A stretch of DNA of 38,878 nucleotides from Gonapodya sp. JEL0774 (Eukaryota). Location: NCBI GenBank assembly GCA_027604505.1, contig JADIIX010000175.1:1-38878 (forward strand), read 5' to 3'. Below the pieces are notes generated by a model. The model did no database searches. It had not been told where the DNA came from and saw only the letters and a program-made list of their open reading frames with translations. Positions 31,306-38,878 of the stretch are shown here, one piece after another (position 1 is the first letter of the stretch; every line of letters starts with the position of its first letter). The translations under genes and the position numbers were made by a program.

Positions 31306-32771
31306 ATGGACTTGCTGAATAACCAGCGAACCCTCTCTTCAACCACGATTCTTACTCCAAAGGGAGTAATGACCACCGCGGCTGTCGTCGGAGGTATTCT
31401 CAATGGCATAGGTGAGCAGAGTCTTTGTGCCACAGCGCCGGTAGAGGTGATTCCAATCTCCACTTATCGGAAGCTGACAAATGACTTTTGCATCCTCCGC
31501 ACAATATCACCTTTTGATTTCATTTCAATCGCAAACCAGGATCAGCATCCACCAGTGACTCAGTCAATTCACCTGGACCACCGCGGATTGTTGGGGAACG
31601 TCATGGGGAACGAAATCCGGACATTGTGGGGGAGGATTTTGCAGAAGACTATGAGAGCCTCCCCACGTCTTCAGTCGCTGTACACCTCGCTGCGGGAGCA
31701 TTTGCAGGAGGTAAGTTATCTGGACTGGGGTGGTTGAGTGCCAATGCTCAACTCTCAATATTTCCGAAAAGTCGCCGAGCATTCCATCATGTTCCCCCTT
31801 GACGCAATTAAGACTCGGATGCAGTTCATCACTCCTTCGCCTCAAGCTGTCTACTCCTCCCTCGCCAACGCCGTTACTCGTATCTCTTCGACAGAGGGAA
31901 TGTACGCGCTGTGGCGGGGTGTATCGAGTGTGGTGGTTGGAGCAGGTCCCGCTCACGCGTTGCAGTTTGCGACATACGAGATGTGTAAAGAACATTTCGA
32001 GGAGTTAGTGCGGCGACGGACGAGGGAACGAACATTTAGGAGCCTGGATGAGTCGCGACTGCTTCACGCATCGCATGCACTGGCGGCAACAGCGGGGACA
32101 GTGATGCACGAGGGCCTGATGACACCATTTGATGGTGAGTTTAGGATCATGTTTGAGAGACTTTTTGCGAAGGAAGTGGACCGCCAAACCTCCCAATACT
32201 ACGTTAGTCGTCAAGCAGCGAATGCAACTATTCGGCTCCTCTTACCGTTCTCCCATCGAATGCGCCATGACAATATTTCGTACAGAAGGCCTGGCTTCAC
32301 TCTACGTCTCTCTACCCACCACTCTCCTAATGGCGATACCCTTCCAATCCATTCACTTCACCACGTACGAGTACCTGCGACAAAGAGTAAATCCTGAAGG
32401 GAAGTATGACCCAAAGAGTCACGTAATAGCAGGCGCATTGGCTGGTGGTTTGGCGAGTTTATTGACGAATGTGGGTGATTCACTTGCACTTTTTTCAAAT
32501 CGACTTTCCACCAACTAAATTTGGGTTGCAGCCCCTGGACGTCGCCAAAACACTTTTACAAACTCGAGGCTCCTCTTCTGATCCGGAGATTCGACGCGTA
32601 CGAGGTGCCCTGTCAGCTGGCCGAATCATCTGGGAACGGGATGGCTTGCGAGGTGCAATGCGAGGCAGTTTACCTCGCCTCCTGACGCACATGCCCAGCA
32701 CTGCCATCAGCTGGAGTGTGTACGAATTTTGCAAGTGGTCCTTGAACAGGAGAAGTTCGAAGGATTTGTAG
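31306..32771 (+). CDS. MRS3: Mitochondrial carrier, mitoferrin (Mrs3/Mrs4-like iron importer), multi-exon
   Basis: DYESLP...[85 protein letters not shown]. The start is approximate. Confidence 0.93.
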
Positions 32772-33082
32772 ATATAAATTTAGATTGTGCGGCGGTGGAT
32801 TGCATTTACATAATGGTTTTACTCGGAATGATTAGCATTACATACATGTATAGACTGAGAAAGTGTCCACGCTCTTCTCCCTGGAAAGAAAACTTGATCA
32901 AGGGAAAGCGTTTTTGTGTGTTTCTGAGCCGGAAACCCACCCAACTAAAACTATAAACAACAAAACTGTGCGCGGGCTGCCAGTCCAATCACCGAAGAGC
33001 TTCGTGATCCGGTCAATAATTTAATACTGGGACTTCGAGTTCGTACAGGGATACTCATTTTGGAGTACGGCAGTTCAAAGAA

Positions 33083-36000
33083 ATGTCCAGCCACCGTCAC
33101 CGGCAAAATCGAACAGTACCTCCCGCTGAACGAAGTAGTGACTCTCTCCGGACTGTCCAAGCTCCATTTGTTGATGTTCCTGAGCCTTCTGTCCCTCCTC
33201 GCGCGACTTCCGTGTCACATGTACCTAATGGCCCTCGGCGTTCAATAAGGCCGCCTCCGGTTGTGATTGAACCCGCGGTACCAGCGTTGCGATGGGACTC
33301 ACTTCGTCCTCCACCTTTGAACACCTCGCCGCATCCCCTGAGGAGGAAGATTTCAACGCGAGTTCGGGTACCAGGGAGTCCGGATGTTACCCACGAACCG
33401 GTATCTCAAATAATGATGGACATGAATGCAGCAACGAGAGCAGCAGAATACATCCACCACGTAATAAAATTCTCACCGGACAAACTCTCGCCGGGAGCCA
33501 TTGTGCCAAGTGTCGAGGAGTCGAACGAAACGCAGGCCGCATATAGCGCTCACGGTCGGGAGTTCTCCAGGGACGCCCTGCATTTGTTTGGAAGAGAGTC
33601 TCTTCCAGAAGATGTAGTCAGGATGCAGATGGGAGAAGGAACTGTGGGTGCCTCTCCAAAGGGTCGGAAACCGTCAAATAAGCAAAAGCCAATGGAATCA
33701 TCGATCCGACTACGGCCGAGTGAGCTCAATTGCCTTGTGAGCGATTCGAACCAAAATGAAAGTTGATGAAATGGGCGGCCTTGCGATCGCTTAGGTCCGA
33801 ATCGTCTCCATCGTTCCAACACGGGCCGGACTCTAAACGCTGCCGAGGCGACCCGCGGACACACAGGTCGCCGCCAAATGCTGAGACCTAGTGATACTGA
33901 GGAGGAAGTGGTCTGTATGGTGTGGCCTCTTGTTGCACAGTAGGTGGCAAAGGTCACGATCATCGTGGCAGAATTTGTCTCACCTCTTTGATCCCAGGGC
34001 AGCAACATTTTGCTGGTTTGATGCCATTCTTGTCCGGTGCGGCATGCCGGATAGAAATGTTCGCCAAGCGTGGCGTGAGAAGGTGCATACTTAATTGCAA
34101 ATTAGCGACTTGAACACTAATATCTGAACTCTTGCATCTAAGGTTACGCTCTGCCTCATTATCCTTTCCGTTTGCTTTTTCGTCGGATTTTTCACGTTCG
34201 GCTTTCAAAGACTCGTTTGCCCTCCTGACCAAAATGTTGTGAACCAGACTGTTCAAAACTGGCTCACCGACGAACTGGACTCGAGCGGGAACCCGACGGG
34301 GAGGAAATCCATTCAAATGCGGGATGACGTTGTGGTTTATGGTGAGGTGATGTGCATCCAGCGTATGCTGGCCTCGGTCAACTGGGTGCTGAAGTCATGA
34401 CTTGTTGCCAATACAGGCATTTTGCATAACTTCGAGCAAATGCAGGCACTCTTACTCAGTCAAGCGGGCATAAATCTTACATCTTCGTACAAAGGATCGG
34501 ACCTATCGAACTTGTTTCGTTATCTGGACGACCCTTGGTATGTGCCAGCAGGATATTTGTGTTAGTGAGACGGTCGCGAAAGCAACAACACATGCTTGTT
34601 CACGGCAGCTCGACATTTTACCCCAACCTCAAAGCGGCAGGCATAAACCCGTTGGATTGTACAGTCACAAATCCCCACGGTGATGGTAGCATCGGGACCG
34701 TAAACAAGTGTCTGAACGTCAACATTTTGACCTCCGTGACAAAATCCGGCGGCTTGCTATTTCAGTGGGACGATATTGCAGCTAACAACAAGGCACCGCA
34801 TACTCTCCTCGTTTATGACAACAAGGTGTAAGTTAAGAGGATGGGGAATATCGATAGGACGTGCCTCAATGTGGAAGCTCGTTGGCAGGCTCAACCTCAC
34901 TTCCTACTTCGCCACAACCGCCCTGTCCTCTTCAACAACGGCGTTTCTTCGTCAGAACTTGGGAAGGGACATGAGTCATGGCGTTGTCGCCGACCTTTCC
35001 CAAGACGGGATAGGCACCTCGATTGCTTGCCTGACTTCTCGAACTACGGTCGGATTCGTCGCTGGTAAAACATTCGGCTGTATGATCTCAGACATTGTCA
35101 TGTGGTTTGGGCTCGTTATGATTCTTGGATTGGTGTTCGTAAGTATGAGGTTTGGCGGTAGAAGAGCGAATGAGGATCATGTTTAATTGGGTCTCTGTTC
35201 CCCAACTCTAGTCCAAATTCTTGATCGCTGTAATATTTGCATGGTTTTTGAGCCCACGACTTGCGCATTACAAACCAAGAATAGTGTTGCAAACAATGGG
35301 AACCGAAGCATCGCGCGGAATAAGTCGAACGGTATCCACCCTGGCGTCATCCCGTGACAGTACTTCAGGCGACTTGCAAAGCCTCACCAGCTCTGAGCCT
35401 TCGATGAATCAGACTGACTTGGGTATTCCCTGGTCGAACAACTCGACCCTTCGGTCGAACTCGAAAATGCGACCGTTCAGTCCTAGACCGCCAAGTGCGA
35501 AAAGTTTCTCGGGCTTGGTGCTCACAAATGAAGAGCAGGCGATTGTGAGGACATTGACAGAAATCGCAGGTGCTGAGGCTACCGTGCTTGGCCCGGATGA
35601 TGGATTGTACACAATTTGCATGATTACCTGGTGCGTATTGGACTGAGTTGGTCTGGTAGGTGCCGCAGATCTCATCCGCATGAATCACCTTCGATGCAAA
35701 GCTACTCCGAAGGCGAGCAGGGTCTGCGTACCACCCTTGACTCAGTCTCCCTCACAACTTACAACGACCGAAAGAAACTTATTTTCGTCGTGGCGGACGG
35801 TTTGGTCACCGGTAGCGGCGAAACCCGATCCACGCCGGATATCGTGCTCTCCCTTATGGAGGAAGATATCTCGTTCGGCATTCCTGAACCTAAATCGTAC
35901 ATTGCCGTCGCAGACGGTGAAAAGCAGCACAACATGGCGACGGTGCACTGTGGGTACTACAGGCCTGCAGGACGGGAGGATAGGGCGACGCCGATGGTGC

Positions 36001-37982
36001 TAGTGGCGAAATGTGGCACGGAAAAGGAGAGAACTGCAAGGGAGGTGAAGAAGCCTGGGAATAGAGGCAAGAGGGATTCGCAAGTGGGTTCTTTTACTTG
36101 AAATCTCTGGCACTCCCAAACGCACAGGCTCACCACTTGAAACCTGGTACTTTCTGTTTTCCACTGCATCTAGCTCATTGTTATGAATTTTCTGTCACGT
36201 GTCTGCTTCGATGATCGGATGACCGAACTGGATTACGACCTTTTCTCCAAAATCACTCACGTCGCCGGTGTCACGCCTGATGCTTACGAGCTTATCCTCA
36301 TGGTCGATGCAGATACGAGAGTACTACCAGATGCACTGACGCACATGGTGCATGCAATGATGAACGATACGAGGATTGTAGGATTGTGTGGGGAGACAAG
36401 GATTGATAACAAGGCAGCGACTTGGGTAACCGCAATACAAGGTGAGTCGCCCATCAATTGCGTGGATTGTAAAGCAGGTTGAACGAATTTCGGCGTCGTC
36501 GGCTCTCATCCGTCCCTGCTATTAGTATTCGAATACTACATCAGCCATCACCTCTCAAAAGCTTTCGAATCCATTTTTGGCGGTGTGACATGCCTGCCTG
36601 GTTGCTTTTGCATGTACCGGATCAAAGCGCCTAGGGCAACGGGTGACTGTTCCTGGGTACCGCTGCTTGTGAACCCGGACATTGTCGATGAGTACGCGGA
36701 GAACGTGGTGGATACGTTACATAAGAAGAATTTGTTATTGTTGGGAGAAGACAGGTTTCTAACAACGTTGATATTGAGGACCTTTCCGAAGAGGAAAATG
36801 GTGTGTTTGAACAGTCGTTCTACTCTCGCTAGCCTGTTGTAGCTGTGGTTAACCAGTTGCACCTTTATCTCCCCACCGCATGATACTAACACTTGCATAT
36901 CTAAATCTCAGGTTTTTGTCCCTCAAGCTCGCTGTAAAACCGCCGTCCCGGATACATTCTCTGTCTTGCTCAGCCAAAGGCGCCGATGGATCAACAGTAC
37001 GGTGCATAACCTGATGGAATTGGTCTTAGTGAGAGATTTATGCGGAACGTTTTGTTTTTCGATGCAGTTTGGTGGGTTTCTTGGTGGATGGAGGCGAATT
37101 CGCTGTGATGGCGGCTTGAGACTGTACCCTGCCTTCTCTGAAATCGTTTATACAAATCCCATCAAGTCGTCGCTCTCGAACTCGTGGGCACGGTGTCACT
37201 ACCCGCTGCAATCTGCTTCACGCTGTATCTGGTTACATCGACCTTTGTGACCGCCAACCCCCAGATAATTCCCTTGATCATGTTGGCGGCGATCTTGGTG
37301 CGTCCGTTCTGCAGTGAAGGCTTTTGTCTCCTAGCCAATGCGATTGCCTGAATCCACAAAACACACCTTACGTGCAGGGGCTCCCCGCGGTCCTTATCGT
37401 CTTCACGTCCCGACACTATATGTACATCCTTTGGATGCTCGTTTACCTCCTCGCGCTTCCAATCTGGAACTTCGTACTACCTGTTTATGCGTACTGGCAT
37501 TTTGACGACTTTTCTTGGGGTGGTGAGTTTTGAGATTTGCCACTTTCAAAGAGGCCACACTCGGTGCATCAATCCACCTAAAATGACCATACTCCCTTTA
37601 ATCGGATCTTCAATCTCTTCGATTTCGCACGAAATCTGCTATGAAGCGACTCGTGTCGTGGTGGGGGAGACTGGAGGTGGAAACCCGGGGCATGGGGAAA
37701 AGGAGGGAACTTTTGAGGCTGGGGCAGTCAGGATGCAGAAGGTGAGTTGTTGGGTGGTGACTCTATGTTTTGCCGTAAGATAGAATTGGACGATGGGTAT
37801 GTCGGAGGGCGGATACAAACGGGCAGTGAAGGGTCGATGTGATTGTTGATGTTCCTGTGTTCGCCCCCCCACACTCCATTCCCGATACAAACTTGCGCCT
37901 CACTTCTTCGATCTCCGTACCCCAGTGGCATCAATGGGAGAAGGAGAAGAGAGCAGCCCTGGCTAGGGAAATGGGGTATTAG
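33083..37982 (+). CDS. Chitin synthase, division 2 (class IV / Chs3-like), multi-exon
   Basis: [83 protein letters not shown]; last exon KWHQWEKE...GY-stop. No myosin motor domain seen. Confidence 0.96.
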
Positions 37983-38277
37983 TGGGGTACGTGTGAGGGA
38001 TCGTACGCAGTTGCATGTACTAACGAATTAGATACGTAGTTCAGAGCCCGCTGTGCTCTATAAAGATTGCAATTAATGGTGCTGCACTTTGCGAATGGCT
38101 TCTATCCTAGTATTTGAGAGATGTCGCGATATCCGATGGTAATTTGGGGGGCCTAGAAACGTGCGAGTATCTGGATATGCACTATTGAGCAGTCGTCAAA
38201 CGGTAACAGATGCACAAGACCCATTGGGTCACATGCGATAACGAACAAAACTGATCTCTGCTGGTCCCTGGTACAAA

Positions 38278-38878
38278 GGCTGTGATTCCAGCAGAAGTGC
38301 CTCGTACGCAGGCAAAACTCCTTTTTATAGAAGTAAGATTTACGCCAAGTACTTGCACACGTGTCTGGGCGGCTTGGAAATTTTGGAAGAGTCCAATTCC
38401 ATCAACTCCAAAACACCACTTCTGGGAGGGGAACCAGAACTCGACGAGAGCTCACGCGAGCAGGCGACCAAATTCATATTTTTGGTAGGACGTCTTAGGG
38501 ATTTTCAGATTTTTGTTTCTTCTTTTCAGCTCGGAAATCGCGTTTCACTGATGCGAAGACTTATGCGAAAATCTCCGACGACTGTGCCACAACCCATGGA
38601 GAACAAAACTCGGTTGCACGCAATTTCGCAATCTTCGGGCAACTCCGTTCATCTTGCACAAGTTCACCGGATTCCAAAACCAGTTTACCCCATTCCACCA
38701 AACTACGCATCTGGCTCAATCTCGCAAGGACATTCTTCGGATCAGGAACTTGTCCTGTGTCCATTTATTGCAACCCAACGACTGGCCAAAGCGGTCGCTG
38801 TGCCCACCCCCCGCATCTGCACTCGGCAATGCCAGCCCTCACGCTCTACGGCTCCCCCTGCTCGCATTTGAAGAAGTA
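38278..38878 (+). CDS. Probable 5' part of an unidentified gene truncated by the window end
   Basis: Intron-like segment (gtagga...ttttcag at ~38484-38529) between open Ser/Pro-rich frames running to the edge. Neither frame nor family could be determined. Confidence 0.3.

Noticed and set aside
4386..32771. Apparent clustering of mitochondrial genes (ClpX, IF2, mitoferrin)
   Set aside because: They are interspersed with unrelated genes over 28 kb, which is consistent with chance.
1..38878. CRISPR arrays, rRNA, prokaryotic operons, intact transposase or reverse transcriptase
   Set aside because: No regularly spaced repeats, rRNA motifs or DDE/RT motifs were seen; all recognised genes carry spliceosomal introns.

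Overview
Gene-dense, intron-rich eukaryotic DNA. Most introns are short (roughly 40-130 nt, GT-AG), so the six-frame ORF track shows only exon fragments; the gene models below were spliced by eye and exon boundaries are approximate. A chitin synthase together with a flagellar CFAP97-family gene points to a zoosporic (chytrid-like) fungus (inference). Genes in order: epoxide hydrolase (-), mitochondrial ClpX (+), MCT/MCH-type MFS transporter (-), a ~1,190-aa class 3 lipase / glycine-rich membrane segment / P-loop GTPase fusion (+), a small putative membrane protein (-), mitochondrial IF2 (+), CFAP97-domain protein (+), coiled-coil protein (-), PP2C phosphatase (-), PHO13-like HAD phosphatase (+), mitoferrin (+), division-2 chitin synthase (+), and a probable truncated gene at the right edge. 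The most interesting items are the lipase-GTPase fusion, a candidate immunity or membrane-attack effector flanked by two unusually long unexplained spacers, and a ~200-nt foldback element plus a hairpin repeat family inside oversized introns of the epoxide hydrolase. No rRNA, tRNA, CRISPR array or intact transposase was recognised.
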